Notes under the pieces: generated by a model
Seen by the model: only the letters and a program-made list of their open reading frames with translations
Told to the model about the DNA's origin: nothing
Database searches by the model: none
Shown: one piece after another, positions 19,545 to 29,625 of the stretch
Position numbering within the stretch: position 1 is the stretch's first letter
How the letters are laid out: every line of letters starts with the position of its first letter
Made by a program: the position numbers and the translations under genes
Source of the DNA: Longimicrobiales bacterium
GTDB lineage: Bacteria; Gemmatimonadota; Gemmatimonadetes; Longimicrobiales; Gaopeijiaceae
DNA: 64,000 bases
Assembly (NCBI GenBank): GCA_041690395.1
Contig: JAWLHJ010000005.1
Coordinates: forward strand, 416,001-480,000
Direction: 5' to 3'

Positions 19545-20906
19545 TCAACACGTCCCCACGATGTAGCAGTTCGACGTCCGCTCGATCTGGGCCACCGGGA
19601 ACAACGTGCCGGGCCGTGTCGACGCCGACGCGTTCGGGTTCCAGAGGCTCGACGTGGTGCCCCAACGGTAGTGGTCGTTGAGGCGTCGGCCGGTGAAGTA
19701 CAGCCCGCCCATGCGGTGGTGGCGGAGGAGATCCTCCGGGTCGACCTGGCCCGTGTAGTCCGTCAGGCCGTCGAGGTCGCGGATCCGGTTGATGTAGCCC
19801 CGGAACGTTCCGGTGTCCCCGTTCGCGGCCAGCTCGGCTTCCGCCAGGATCAGCAGAAGCTCGCGCGCCGACACGATGGTCAGCGGCGGCCAGTCACGTG
19901 CGTCGATCGCCTCGAGGATGATGTCCTCGAGCGCCGGATCGACGACGTTGTCGATGGGGTCCATCAACGCCACGCTCTCGACCTCCTTGTTGTTGTCCGT
20001 CGCGTCGACGTAGTCGTCGGACGGCCGGAGCTCCAGCCGCTCGTTCACCCATCCGCCCCAAGCGTTGTCCACCGTCGAGGAGCTGTAGGTGAAGCGGTAC
20101 CGCCAGGAGTCCTCGACCAACGCCAGCGCCGCCAGGGCGTCCGCGTTGGCGCCCGCGTCGTTCACGAGCGGGTCCGCCGGCGTGTTTCCGGCCGGCGTGA
20201 TCTTCTCACGTACCGCCCTCGCGTGGCGCGTGCGTGCCCGCTGCGCCAGGAGCTGCGCCTCGAGCGCTTCGGTGCTCGTGAGGGCCAACGCCTCGGTGAG
20301 CTGCGTCTCGGCGTAGTCGTAGAAGTCGAGCATGTTCGCCGGCCCGACGGGAGGCTGCGTGTCCCGTCGATCCGAGAGCACGAAGTCCTCCCAGAGGTCC
20401 GCGATCATGGTGCGCATGATCGCGGAATACAGCTTCGCCCTGGCCAGGTAGTCCGGCTCATCGAGGTTGCCCTCGGCGTCGAACTGCTCGAGAAGCCTGA
20501 CGGCTTCGTCCGCCATCCAACGCCCTTCCGTCACGAAGGGCCAAGCGGCGTCCGAGAACTCGTTCGCCGCGTCCTGGAGGTCTCCGGACTGGATCTGGAT
20601 CCAGGCGTCTCGCGAGCCCGTGAACACCAGCTCGTCCGATGCCGCCGAGTGCAGCATGATGGCCTGGCCCGCGGCCTGAGCGACCGTGGACAGCGCACCG
20701 TTCGCCAACGCTCCCGCGGACGACGGCGTTTCGAGGTCCTCCTGGAGGAGCGAGTTCGGGTTCTCCACGTCGAGCAACCCGCTGCATGCCGTCAGGGTGA
20801 GGACGCCTACCAGCGCCCCCAGCCCCGCCGGCACCCGGCGGATGTTTCTTGCGGTGGCTCCGGAGTTGGATTCCCTCCGGCCCCGCTTGTCATCCGTTCT
20901 CATCAT
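19545..20906 (-). CDS. SusD/RagB-like nutrient-binding outer-membrane lipoprotein
   Basis: Lipobox TAC-SGLLDVENPN, ELLLILAEAEL, INRIR, GRRLNDHYRWG, FPV..E; directly downstream of the SusC-like gene. Confidence 0.85.
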   Translation of the reverse strand: MMRTDDKRGRRESNSGATARNIRRVPAGLGALVGVLTLTACSGLLDVENPNSLLQEDLETPSSAGALANGALSTVAQAAGQAIMLHSAASDELVFTGSRDAWIQIQSGDLQDAANEFSDAAWPFVTEGRWMADEAVRLLEQFDAEGNLDEPDYLARAKLYSAIMRTMIADLWEDFVLSDRRDTQPPVGPANMLDFYDYAETQLTEALALTSTEALEAQLLAQRARTRHARAVREKITPAGNTPADPLVNDAGANADALAALALVEDSWRYRFTYSSSTVDNAWGGWVNERLELRPSDDYVDATDNNKEVESVALMDPIDNVVDPALEDIILEAIDARDWPPLTIVSARELLLILAEAELAANGDTGTFRGYINRIRDLDGLTDYTGQVDPEDLLRHHRMGGLYFTGRRLNDHYRWGTTSSLWNPNASASTRPGTLFPVAQIERTSNCYIVGTC

Positions 20907-20949
20907 ATCCTTCCTTGTCTCGAGATCGAAGATCGCGGTTCACGGGGGC

Positions 20950-23900
20950 TCAGAAGCCAGCCCGGATCGTGACGGTGAATCGACGCGGGAGCGGTACACC
21001 CCATCCCACGGTGCCCACGTTGAAGTTGCTCGTGAGGCCACCTTCCCCGTCACCGGACGCCGTATTCAGCTCCGGATCCGTACCGGGGAACTTCGTCCAC
21101 AGCGCGAGGTTGCGCGCGGCCGCGGACAGCGACAGGGACGACGCTCCGAACCGCTCCGCGGTCGAGACCGGCAGCCGGTACGTCAGGCTCACCTCACGGA
21201 GGCGGAGCCAGTCGGCGTCGTGGATCTCGTTCAGTCCGTCGTACGGCGACAGGGCCGCGAGCTCGCGAACCCATTTGTCGGCCGCCGCCGCGCGCTCCGC
21301 CGTGGTGCTCGCGGGGTTGAGCAGAATCGACTCGACCTCCGCGGACTCCCGGGTGTTGCGCCCGATGAGCGGATGCGAGCGACGGAACGCACCATCCAGA
21401 TCGTGGATCTGGAAGTTGCCGAACCGGTACTCGAACAGCGTGTTGAGCGACACGTCGCCGAAGAACGTCAGGTTCGTGCCGAAGCTGCCCTGCCAGTCCG
21501 GAACCGGCTTGCCCAGATAGTGCTCGAGCGACTCGGGCGTGCCGCAGTTCAGTACGTACGGCTGCAGGTCGCCCGGGCTCCGGGGCGTCGACACGTACGC
21601 GTCGAGCTCCGCCTGCGTGAGCGGGTTACAATCGCCGAGGTGCACTGCGGTCTCTGCGCTGTTGTCGATCATCGGGCCGAAGAAGGCGCCCGGGTGGTAG
21701 TCTTCGCGCGTGAACTGACGGTAGCGCGGATAGGATCCGCCGACCTTGAGCGGCGGGGCGCCACCGAGGTCCGTGATTCGCTCCCGCAGGAACGAAGCGT
21801 TCGCGAAGACGTTCGCCGAGAAGTCCGGCGAAGCGACCGCCACCGCGTTGGCCCCGACTTCCACGCCCCACGACTTCATCTCACCGATGTTGTCGAGCTG
21901 CGTGGAGCGGAAGCCACCGGAGGGCGCGAACTGCCGGTCGACGAGCACGTCGTTGACCGTGCGGTTCCAGTAGGTGGCCTCGACCGAGACACGGTCGTCG
22001 AAGACGCCGAGCTCCGTGCCGACCTCCCACTCCACGGACGTCTCGGGCTTGAGGTCCGGGTTACCGAGGTTGTCCGGCGCAACGCCGGGTCCGAGCTCCG
22101 ATGCCAGCGCCGCGAAGGTCGTGAACTGGTCGAACGCCCCCGGCTGCAGCCCGGAGGTTCCGTAGGCGCCGCGGATGCGGAACGTCGAGAAGACGTTGTC
22201 CCACCCGGGAAGGTCGCTCGGAACAATCGACATGCTCACCTTCGGATACAGCGCGCCACCGGCCGTCTCACCGAACGCGGAGTGCTCGTCGTACCGCGCG
22301 CCGACCGTGAAGAACGCGAAGTTCTGGTAGCCGATCTGCGCCTGACCGAGGATACCGGCGCTGGCCTCTTCCAGGAACTCCTCTCCCACCGTCTGGAGCG
22401 CGCCGGCCTCCGTGACTTCGAGACCGGGAGCGGGGAACTCCTCACCCTGGCCGTCCTGGCTGAGCGTACGGGTCAGGAAGCCCTGGCCGCCGAACACGAA
22501 GTCGGCCGTCCAGTCGTCACCGAACGTGGTTCCCCAGTTGGCCTTGAGGTCGAGCGTGACCTCACGGTGGTTCCGGTCACCGACCGTCCGGTTACCGGCC
22601 ACGTTGGAGCTCGTGTAGTTGTCGACGTCCCACCCGAACGGAATGAAGCGGACGCCGCGCTGGTTCACGAAGTCGACACCGACGGTCGCGTCGACCGAGA
22701 TGTTCGAGGCGGCCTGCCAGATCGTCGTGAAGGCGCCGCCGAAGCGCTGGACGTCCTGGCTGGTGCGGCGGTGCCAGTTCTCACGCGTGGTGGCGAAGGC
22801 CGGCGAGCCGAACAGGTTGTCGGACGTCGCGAGATCGGGCTGGCTGTTGATGATGCTGGACAGCACGCCGTAGATGTTGTTGTTCGTGTCCGGGACCTCG
22901 TGGTCCATCTCGGTATAGTTGGAGGAGACGCGGACACGGAGGTTGTCGAGCGGGAAGATCTCGACGTTGGCGTTGAACTGCATCCGCTCGCTCTTGTCGT
23001 TCGAGACCGTCAGTCCGGGGCCTGCATACTGCTCCCCGTCGTACGGACCGTCCTCCGTCGCGAAGCGGCCGGACAGGAAGTAGGTGACGGCCTGCGATCC
23101 GCCGGTCACGGACGCCGTGTACGTCTGCATGGTGCCGGTTCCGAACTGCGGTCCGATCATGTCCGCTTCGAAGACCTCCCACGGATTCACGCTGATGCCC
23201 CAGCGCTCCTGGATGCCGGTGGCACCGACGTCGAGGAGGGCGCCGCCGGAGGTGAAGCTCGGACCCTGCGCCCGCACGAAGCCCGCGTGCATGTCGAAGC
23301 GATCGAGCGGGTACTGCGTGAAGCCCTGCTCGATGCTCACGTCGTAACGTGGCGTTCCGGCCTGCCCACGCTTCGTGAAGATCTGGATGACGCCGTTCGA
23401 GGCCTGCGTTCCGTAGAGCGTCGCCGCGGCGGCGCCCTTCAGGATCTCGATGCGCTCGATGGCGTCGGGGTTGAGGTCGTCGAGGCGCGACGGCGATCCG
23501 CCGGGTGATCCCACGCCCGGGCCGAAGCCCTGTGAGTTGTCCGCCCGGACGCCGTCGATGTAGATGACCGGCTCGTTCGACTGAGAGAGAGACGCGGAGC
23601 CACGGATCCTGATCCGGGTTCCTTCACCAGCGACACCACCACTCGGCAATCCCATCACCCCCGGTTCCCGTGCCGTCAGAATCTCCGACATGTTGGTCAC
23701 CGGCGCTGCTTCCATCTCTCTCAGGTCGACCGTTGCGATCTGGTTCCCCAGTCGCCGCCGCTCCGTCGCGGCACCGGCGCCCGTGACCACGATCTGGTCG
23801 AGTGCGAGCGCCGTCTGGCGGAGCTCGAAGTTGGCCGTGGCGGTCTGCCCGGCCTGTACCGTCACCGTCGCCTCGGCGGCCGCGAAGCCGATGAGCTCGG

Positions 23901-24159
23901 CCCGGACGACGTGCTCGCCAGCCGGGACGTTGAGGATGAGGAACTGGCCTCTCGCGTTGGATAGCGAGCCGAAGCTCGTTCCTTCGATATAGACCTGTGC
24001 GTTCCCCAGCGGTCGCTGCGTTCCCGCCTCGGTGACCGTACCCGTGACGGTGCCCTGCGCGGCCGCGTGCAATGGCATCGCGACCAGGGCGAGGACGGCG
24101 AGCCAGGTGCCCGTCATGGGCAGGCTCCACCGTCGAATTCGAACCTGAGAGTCCGACAT
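20950..24159 (-). CDS. SusC/RagA-family TonB-dependent receptor
   Basis: N-terminal CarboxypepD_reg-like domain, IRIRGSASLSQSNEPVIYIDG, IEILKGAAAATLYGTQASNGVIQIFTKRG, GNPDLKPE, terminal F. Confidence 0.95.
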   Translation of the reverse strand: MSDSQVRIRRWSLPMTGTWLAVLALVAMPLHAAAQGTVTGTVTEAGTQRPLGNAQVYIEGTSFGSLSNARGQFLILNVPAGEHVVRAELIGFAAAEATVTVQAGQTATANFELRQTALALDQIVVTGAGAATERRRLGNQIATVDLREMEAAPVTNMSEILTAREPGVMGLPSGGVAGEGTRIRIRGSASLSQSNEPVIYIDGVRADNSQGFGPGVGSPGGSPSRLDDLNPDAIERIEILKGAAAATLYGTQASNGVIQIFTKRGQAGTPRYDVSIEQGFTQYPLDRFDMHAGFVRAQGPSFTSGGALLDVGATGIQERWGISVNPWEVFEADMIGPQFGTGTMQTYTASVTGGSQAVTYFLSGRFATEDGPYDGEQYAGPGLTVSNDKSERMQFNANVEIFPLDNLRVRVSSNYTEMDHEVPDTNNNIYGVLSSIINSQPDLATSDNLFGSPAFATTRENWHRRTSQDVQRFGGAFTTIWQAASNISVDATVGVDFVNQRGVRFIPFGWDVDNYTSSNVAGNRTVGDRNHREVTLDLKANWGTTFGDDWTADFVFGGQGFLTRTLSQDGQGEEFPAPGLEVTEAGALQTVGEEFLEEASAGILGQAQIGYQNFAFFTVGARYDEHSAFGETAGGALYPKVSMSIVPSDLPGWDNVFSTFRIRGAYGTSGLQPGAFDQFTTFAALASELGPGVAPDNLGNPDLKPETSVEWEVGTELGVFDDRVSVEATYWNRTVNDVLVDRQFAPSGGFRSTQLDNIGEMKSWGVEVGANAVAVASPDFSANVFANASFLRERITDLGGAPPLKVGGSYPRYRQFTREDYHPGAFFGPMIDNSAETAVHLGDCNPLTQAELDAYVSTPRSPGDLQPYVLNCGTPESLEHYLGKPVPDWQGSFGTNLTFFGDVSLNTLFEYRFGNFQIHDLDGAFRRSHPLIGRNTRESAEVESILLNPASTTAERAAAADKWVRELAALSPYDGLNEIHDADWLRLREVSLTYRLPVSTAERFGASSLSLSAAARNLALWTKFPGTDPELNTASGDGEGGLTSNFNVGTVGWGVPLPRRFTVTIRAGF

Positions 24160-24250
24160 ACCTAGACCCTCCTTCACCCGGAGGTGAAAAGGTCCTCGAA
24201 TCGCCCGATCCTCCGACGAGGCGGGGCGCCCGAGGAATTCGTCTGTGCTC

Positions 24251-24291
24251 CAGATACGCTGCGAGACACCCGTTGTCAACAAAATGTCAAC
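24251..24291 (-). promoter_or_regulatory. Sigma70-like promoter of the susC operon with tandem repeat
   Basis: Minus-strand TTGACA (24279-24274)-N17-TATCTG. TGTCAAC is repeated at 24274 and 24285, an 11-bp period. Confidence 0.55.
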
Positions 24292-24441
24292 GCCATGTGT
24301 GTTATATGTTCGAGCCTTCTTGTACGACGACGCCTGGGTGGCCGCGTACGTAGGCGGTGAACCGTGGATGGCGGGGTGGCGCGTCGTCGATGCGGCGGAA
24401 AGCCAGCCGTCGCCGCCGACGCGCCGTGCGTCAGGTCGCGG

Positions 24442-26919
24442 TCACTCCCCTCCGGGTGCCAGCCGAATCCGCTCGGCGGTGACGGCCTCGATCTTCTCGC
24501 GCGAGAAGTACGCCGGGAACACCCGGTCCGCGGCCCAGAGCCGGAAGAGGTTGTCGTAGAACGGGCTGTCCGGGTCGCCGACCTGCCCGGGGGTATTCAT
24601 CCCCAGGGTGGCGTCCCAGTCCCGTGTATCGACGAAGATCCGGAACGACGCCCCGGAGGTCTGGTTGTCCCCATACCCGTTGGCGCCCACCGTGAAGCTG
24701 TAGCCGCCGCGTGGCGCAGGACCCACGTCGAGCCGCTGGCGGACGCTCGGAGATACGGCTGGGGAGAGGGGGTGCCGGAGCAGCGCGTGCTTGTACTCCT
24801 CCTGCCCGTACCGCCACCCGGCCATGTCGGTACCGAGCCGTTCCGTGAGGTCTGCCACCCCTGCCTCCAGGCTCTCGACCAGCAGGGCGTCCCGGCCGTC
24901 GATCGGCGTCGGTCCGAGCGCCCGGAACTCGGGCGTGGGCCCCACGACCCGTTCGAGCACCTCGTTCATCGAGACTCCGATGTGCTCCCGGGCCGCCTCG
25001 GGAACCAACAGCTCCTCGACCCGCTCGCGCAGCCTCCGCTCGAACGCGACGTAGATCCCCGCTTCGATCGACTCGGCGTCGAGGACGTGATCCCAGCCGA
25101 GGAGACGCCGCCGCGCCTCCTCGGCGCGCGTGTCGTCCGACGAGACGTGCCGAAGCAGGGGGACGAGCGTGCGCGCGGGGATCGACAGATAGTCGTGCTG
25201 GAGCGCGACCATGTCGGCGAGGCTGAACCGGCGGCCGCTGCTCAGCACTTCCTTGACCCGGTTCTGGCGGAACGGATCGGCCCAGAAGAACGACGTCGCT
25301 TCCTCGAGGTGCGGATAGTCGAACGGGGAGACCAGGTTCGCGTTGGCGGTCGCGATGAAGCCCCCGGGTGGGTTGTAGGCACTCGGCAGGGCATCGATGG
25401 GCAGGAAGCCGTCCCACTCGAAGCGGCCGTCTCCCGGCACGGGCACCACCCCGCTGAAGTTCCTGCGGATGGGCGCGATGCCCACGGCCTGCCAGCCGAT
25501 GTTTCCCTCCCGGTCGGCCCAGACCATGTTCTCGCCCGGGATGTGGCTGTAGGTGCAAGCCTCCTGGAATTCCTCCCAGTCGGTGGCCTGGTTCATCCGG
25601 AGCGACGCGAGGTAGGGCGCGCCGCCGACCTCCATCCAGGCCGCGCCCACCGCGTAGGCGATCCCGCGCGCCTCGTCCTGATAGACGACGGGTCCGTGCC
25701 GGGTGTAGCGCAACTCGACGTCGACCGGATCACCCCCCTCCACGCCGATCGTCTCGGTGACCGTCTCCATGGCGACCCAGCGGTCCTGATACCGATATCG
25801 CGTCGGGTCGTCGGGGTGGGTCTCGTAGACGAAGACGTCCTCGTGGTTGATGGCGAACACGGTGAGGCCCCAGGCTCCGTGGTCGTTGTGCCCGATGGAC
25901 ACGCCGGGAATGGTCGGCTCGCCGGCGCCCTGGACGTTCCACCCGGGCCCGTTCAGGTGCACCCAGTAGCGGAGCGACGGGGCGGCCTGCGCCCGATGCG
26001 GGTCGTTGGCCATCATCGGATAGTCGTTCGCGGCCAGGCGGCCACTCACGACCCAGTTATTGCTGCCGAGGCTCTCCCGCTCCCGGCGCTCGAGGGCGTG
26101 CGCTTCCGTGGCGAGCGCCGCATCGAGCCGCTCGAAGTCGTCTTCCTCGGCGCGGAACTCGGGCGCCACGTCCTCGGGCCGGAACGACGTCGTGCTGCGA
26201 AACGCCCGATAGAGCTCGAGGATGTCGTGATCGACCAGGTGCTGGCCGTCGATCGATGGGTCGAGCTCGATGTCGGGCTGATGGGGGTGGAACGACGCGA
26301 TCTCGCGTACACGCTCGGCGCCGAGCACATGGACGGCGCGCCCGTACGAGAGCGACGTGCCGGCGTCGCCCAGCAGCCCGCGGTGGCGGGTGATCACGAC
26401 CTCCGGCGTCCAGTGCCCGGGCTCGATGCCGAGCATCTCGAACTCGATGGGCAGCAGGTCGGGGTCCCGCCGCGTCTCGTCGATATACGCGTTGACGCCC
26501 GCGACGAACGCGGGGATGATCTCGTGCCCCCGCGGATGGTAGTGCCGCATCTCGGTGTCGAGATCGCCGCGGAACTTGAAGAGCCGGATCCCGTGGTCAC
26601 GCGTGATGGCCCGCGGTCCGAGAATCTCGGCCATGGTCCCGGTGGCTTCACGCCTCCAGATCTCGAGCTGGAAGAGCCGGTCGCGGGCTGCGTTCCATCC
26701 CTGCGCGAAGAAGAGGTCGTGCTCGGTCTCCGCGTAGATGTGCGAGATGCCCCACTGGTCCTTGAGGATCTCCACGGGCTGGTCGAGCCCCGGCGCGTCG
26801 AGGCGTATCTCCTCGGGCGCGGTGGCCTGCGCCTCGGCGGACCCCGCGTAGGCCGCGAGGAGCGCGGCGGTGAGCAGTGCGGCGGCGAGCAGCGGTCGAG
26901 CGGCGACGGGCGGCTTCAA
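24442..26919 (-). CDS. Penicillin acylase family (S45 Ntn hydrolase)
   Basis: DQWGISHIYA, AQG..AARDRLFQL, catalytic GSNNWVVSG, ANDPH, TPGQ.G.P.SPFY. TTG start chosen for its GGAGG RBS. Confidence 0.93.
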   Translation of the reverse strand: MKPPVAARPLLAAALLTAALLAAYAGSAEAQATAPEEIRLDAPGLDQPVEILKDQWGISHIYAETEHDLFFAQGWNAARDRLFQLEIWRREATGTMAEILGPRAITRDHGIRLFKFRGDLDTEMRHYHPRGHEIIPAFVAGVNAYIDETRRDPDLLPIEFEMLGIEPGHWTPEVVITRHRGLLGDAGTSLSYGRAVHVLGAERVREIASFHPHQPDIELDPSIDGQHLVDHDILELYRAFRSTTSFRPEDVAPEFRAEEDDFERLDAALATEAHALERRERESLGSNNWVVSGRLAANDYPMMANDPHRAQAAPSLRYWVHLNGPGWNVQGAGEPTIPGVSIGHNDHGAWGLTVFAINHEDVFVYETHPDDPTRYRYQDRWVAMETVTETIGVEGGDPVDVELRYTRHGPVVYQDEARGIAYAVGAAWMEVGGAPYLASLRMNQATDWEEFQEACTYSHIPGENMVWADREGNIGWQAVGIAPIRRNFSGVVPVPGDGRFEWDGFLPIDALPSAYNPPGGFIATANANLVSPFDYPHLEEATSFFWADPFRQNRVKEVLSSGRRFSLADMVALQHDYLSIPARTLVPLLRHVSSDDTRAEEARRRLLGWDHVLDAESIEAGIYVAFERRLRERVEELLVPEAAREHIGVSMNEVLERVVGPTPEFRALGPTPIDGRDALLVESLEAGVADLTERLGTDMAGWRYGQEEYKHALLRHPLSPAVSPSVRQRLDVGPAPRGGYSFTVGANGYGDNQTSGASFRIFVDTRDWDATLGMNTPGQVGDPDSPFYDNLFRLWAADRVFPAYFSREKIEAVTAERIRLAPGGE

Positions 26920-27002
26920 GGTGTGTCCTCCTGTTCGTCCCTGGCTGAGCGAGGGGAACATGTAGTGCCCCGCCATGCCGGCGCGCCAGCCGGTCCGGGT
27001 GG

Positions 27003-28880
27003 TCATCCCCCCCCGAGCGTGACCTCCCCGTACCGGTTGAAGCCGCTTCCGCCGTAGGACCCCGCGTCGTAGACGAACCCGTACGCGGCGGAGCCGTCCG
27101 GGCGCCTCACCCTCGCTCCCCGAACCCAGTGCGCGCGGATCCCGCCATGGACGAGCCTTGCCGGGCTCCAGGAGCCCGGCGCATCGCTCTCGGTGTGGTA
27201 GATCCCTCCATAGTCCGCGTCGATGAAGAGCAGGTGCACCCGTTCCCCGTCGGAGATCGCGTCCGCGCCGACCTGGTCCGAGTCGATGGCGCTCTGGACG
27301 ACGCTCCGCTCGCTGATCATGGCGGGTGGTGTGACGGACGGCGTGGCCTGGCCGCCGTCCACGATGCGCCGCTCCCAGAGCTCGCCCTCGGCCAGCCGGT
27401 AGAGGACGACCACCGTGTTGCTCTCGGCGAGGTGGACCAGCGGGACGACCGCACCCACGTCCTCTTCGCCGACACCCACACCTTCGGCGATTCGCACGCG
27501 GGGGCCGAGCGAGCCGTCGCGCTCGATGCGACGGTACCAGATGGTGCCGCTCTCCGGCGCGGTGGCCTCGGACAGGGGTTTGGCCGTGTAGGCGAGGTGC
27601 ACGACGTCGTTCCGGCCGAGCACGGTCTGGGGTCCCGACAGCCGGAACGGAAGCCCGGCGTCGACCACGGTTTCGGCGCCCCAAACGCCTTCGACGTCAC
27701 GGACCTTCATGTGGATGCGCTCGGGACCGCCGTAGACGCCGACCAGGCTGCCGTCGGATCGCGCCTGGAGCGCGGCCACCTGCGTCGGGGGCTCCGGAGG
27801 CTCGGCCACGAGCTCGTCCCGCGCGACCCACCGGTCCCGGGCTTCCGGGTCGTCAGATGTGCCGAAAGCGTGGTGGAAGACGGCGTCGGACGTCTGGTGC
27901 AGCATGTGGATCCGGCCGTTCCGGAAGGCCGTCGCGAAGCCCTCGAGGTCCCCTGTCGCGGGGCGGCCCGGCCCGTCGACCTCGGCCCACGTGCGGCCGC
28001 CGTCCGCCGACCGGACCACCATGAGGACATTGTCCGACTCGGCGGGCTCCATGACGAAGTAGAGGTCGCCGTTCGTGGTCTGCCATGGGCCGAGACGCTC
28101 CGGGGTCTCCACGAAGGTGCCCGCGAGCAGGCCGTCCGGCACCGTTACGGTGACCCGCGGGTGCCTATCCGCGGCCAGGGCTCGCCCCTCGGCGTCCGTC
28201 AGCCGGAACTCGAAGGCGTCGCCGTCCTCGTTCGTCACGGCGCCGTCCGCGAAGCGCCGGATCACGAGCGGCCACTCCCATTCCGAGTGCAGTGGAGCGT
28301 CGGGACCGGCGTCGGGCCCGGCCGGCCAGGGTGCCGTCAGTGTGTCGAGGACCACGCCGACGCCGCCCGGAGCGAAGGCCGACGTCGCGCCCACTAGGAG
28401 ATCGGTCGTGGTCGCGCCCGTCGGATACCCGGCCGGCGACACGATGCTGACGCGGGGCGTCGCCGTCTCGGGATAGGGAAAGTCCTCCGCGGCGATGTTC
28501 GTCCACGCTCCTCCGTTTCGCCGGACCTGGAGTCGCAGTCGGATCGGCTCCGTGAGGCTGCCGTCCCGCTCGACCTCGAAGCGGACCCGGAACGGGCGCT
28601 CGACGAAGAGCGTGGCGCCCTCCCCGGCCGGGGCCGCCCACCCGGCGTCGGCGTTGAGGGGGGCGGAGGCGTCGGACCGGAGGCGGAAAGTGGCCTGGCG
28701 GAGGTCGGAACGCGCTTCCGCGGTGCCCGGGGCGCCTTGCGGTGTGGAGTCGCACCCCGGGAGTGCGAAAGCGGCGAGGAGGACGAAGGAGAACAGGTGG
28801 AGACGTGGCGTCTGCAAGGCGCTACACCGGGACGGAGGACCAGGTCGTGATGATTCCGGACGGTACTCCACTCGCGTCAC
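27003..28880 (-). CDS. Hypothetical exported protein with Asp-box (BNR/sialidase-like) propeller region
   Basis: Long ORF, lipobox-like FALPGC, Asp-box RSADGGRTW. Start uncertain. Confidence 0.6.
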   Translation of the reverse strand: MTRVEYRPESSRPGPPSRCSALQTPRLHLFSFVLLAAFALPGCDSTPQGAPGTAEARSDLRQATFRLRSDASAPLNADAGWAAPAGEGATLFVERPFRVRFEVERDGSLTEPIRLRLQVRRNGGAWTNIAAEDFPYPETATPRVSIVSPAGYPTGATTTDLLVGATSAFAPGGVGVVLDTLTAPWPAGPDAGPDAPLHSEWEWPLVIRRFADGAVTNEDGDAFEFRLTDAEGRALAADRHPRVTVTVPDGLLAGTFVETPERLGPWQTTNGDLYFVMEPAESDNVLMVVRSADGGRTWAEVDGPGRPATGDLEGFATAFRNGRIHMLHQTSDAVFHHAFGTSDDPEARDRWVARDELVAEPPEPPTQVAALQARSDGSLVGVYGGPERIHMKVRDVEGVWGAETVVDAGLPFRLSGPQTVLGRNDVVHLAYTAKPLSEATAPESGTIWYRRIERDGSLGPRVRIAEGVGVGEEDVGAVVPLVHLAESNTVVVLYRLAEGELWERRIVDGGQATPSVTPPAMISERSVVQSAIDSDQVGADAISDGERVHLLFIDADYGGIYHTESDAPGSWSPARLVHGGIRAHWVRGARVRRPDGSAAYGFVYDAGSYGGSGFNRYGEVTLGGG

Positions 28881-28940
28881 CGACCGGTCATGGTCGGGTC
28901 ACGGGTCCATGACGAGGCGCGGCGAATCGATGGCTTCGGG

Positions 28941-29510
28941 CTATCCCGGGGGCGTGGCGGGGTCGTACGCTTCCGGCAGCCCGGGCGTCGGCGCGCTCCA
29001 CCAGGTCGTCGGCAGACGGGGGTCGTAGAGCCAGACGAACTCGGACGGATCGCCCTGGTGCTTCCATCGGAACGTGCATCGCAGCAGGGCCGGCGTCGGA
29101 AGCCTCTCGATGTAGCAGCGGAGCGGAAAGATGCTCCGTTCGCCCGCCCCGACCCTGAACCAGGAGGATCCGGCGTCCGTTCGGAAATCACGGGTCGCGA
29201 TCGGACGGGCTTCGTCCGAAACGATGAGGTCACCGGTCCGGGCGGGCTCGAGCAGCTCGAGCGTCACGCGGGAGATCAAGAGCGGGCGGCTGCCGGTGTT
29301 GTGGATGACGTAGTTCCCGACGAACAGGATCGAGCGGGCCCCCGCCTCGCCCGTCGGAGTCGAGGTGCACCAGACCTCGGACCGGTACCGATGCCCGAGG
29401 ACGTCGAAGACGCGGAACTTGTACGCGGCGGCCAGGCCGCCCAGCAGCACGGTCAGGTTGACCAGGACTCCGAGCCAGTCGGCCGCCACGCCGGAGCTCA
29501 GTCCGGCCAT
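28941..29510 (-). CDS. Hypothetical single-TM protein with beta-rich C-terminal domain
   Basis: N-terminal TM helix, IHNTGSRPLLISRVTL (Ig/LEA-like strand pattern), protein-like composition. Confidence 0.55.
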   Translation of the reverse strand: MAGLSSGVAADWLGVLVNLTVLLGGLAAAYKFRVFDVLGHRYRSEVWCTSTPTGEAGARSILFVGNYVIHNTGSRPLLISRVTLELLEPARTGDLIVSDEARPIATRDFRTDAGSSWFRVGAGERSIFPLRCYIERLPTPALLRCTFRWKHQGDPSEFVWLYDPRLPTTWWSAPTPGLPEAYDPATPPG

Positions 29511-29625
29511 CGAGCGTGGATAGGGACCACGGGGCTAAACTCGTCCAGGGGTACGTCCAGCGAGATTCGAATCGTCCTAGCATCGGAGGGTCGGGGTGGG
29601 CAACGCAACCCGTCCCTGTCTCGCG

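Noticed and set aside
20686..27057. Very long antisense ORFs (e.g. 20686-23508 +, 24364-27057 +; also 47746-51297 -, 30728-33463 -, 54298-56613 -)
   Set aside because: They are shadows of real genes. High GC suppresses stop codons in alternative frames, and the translations carry no family motifs.
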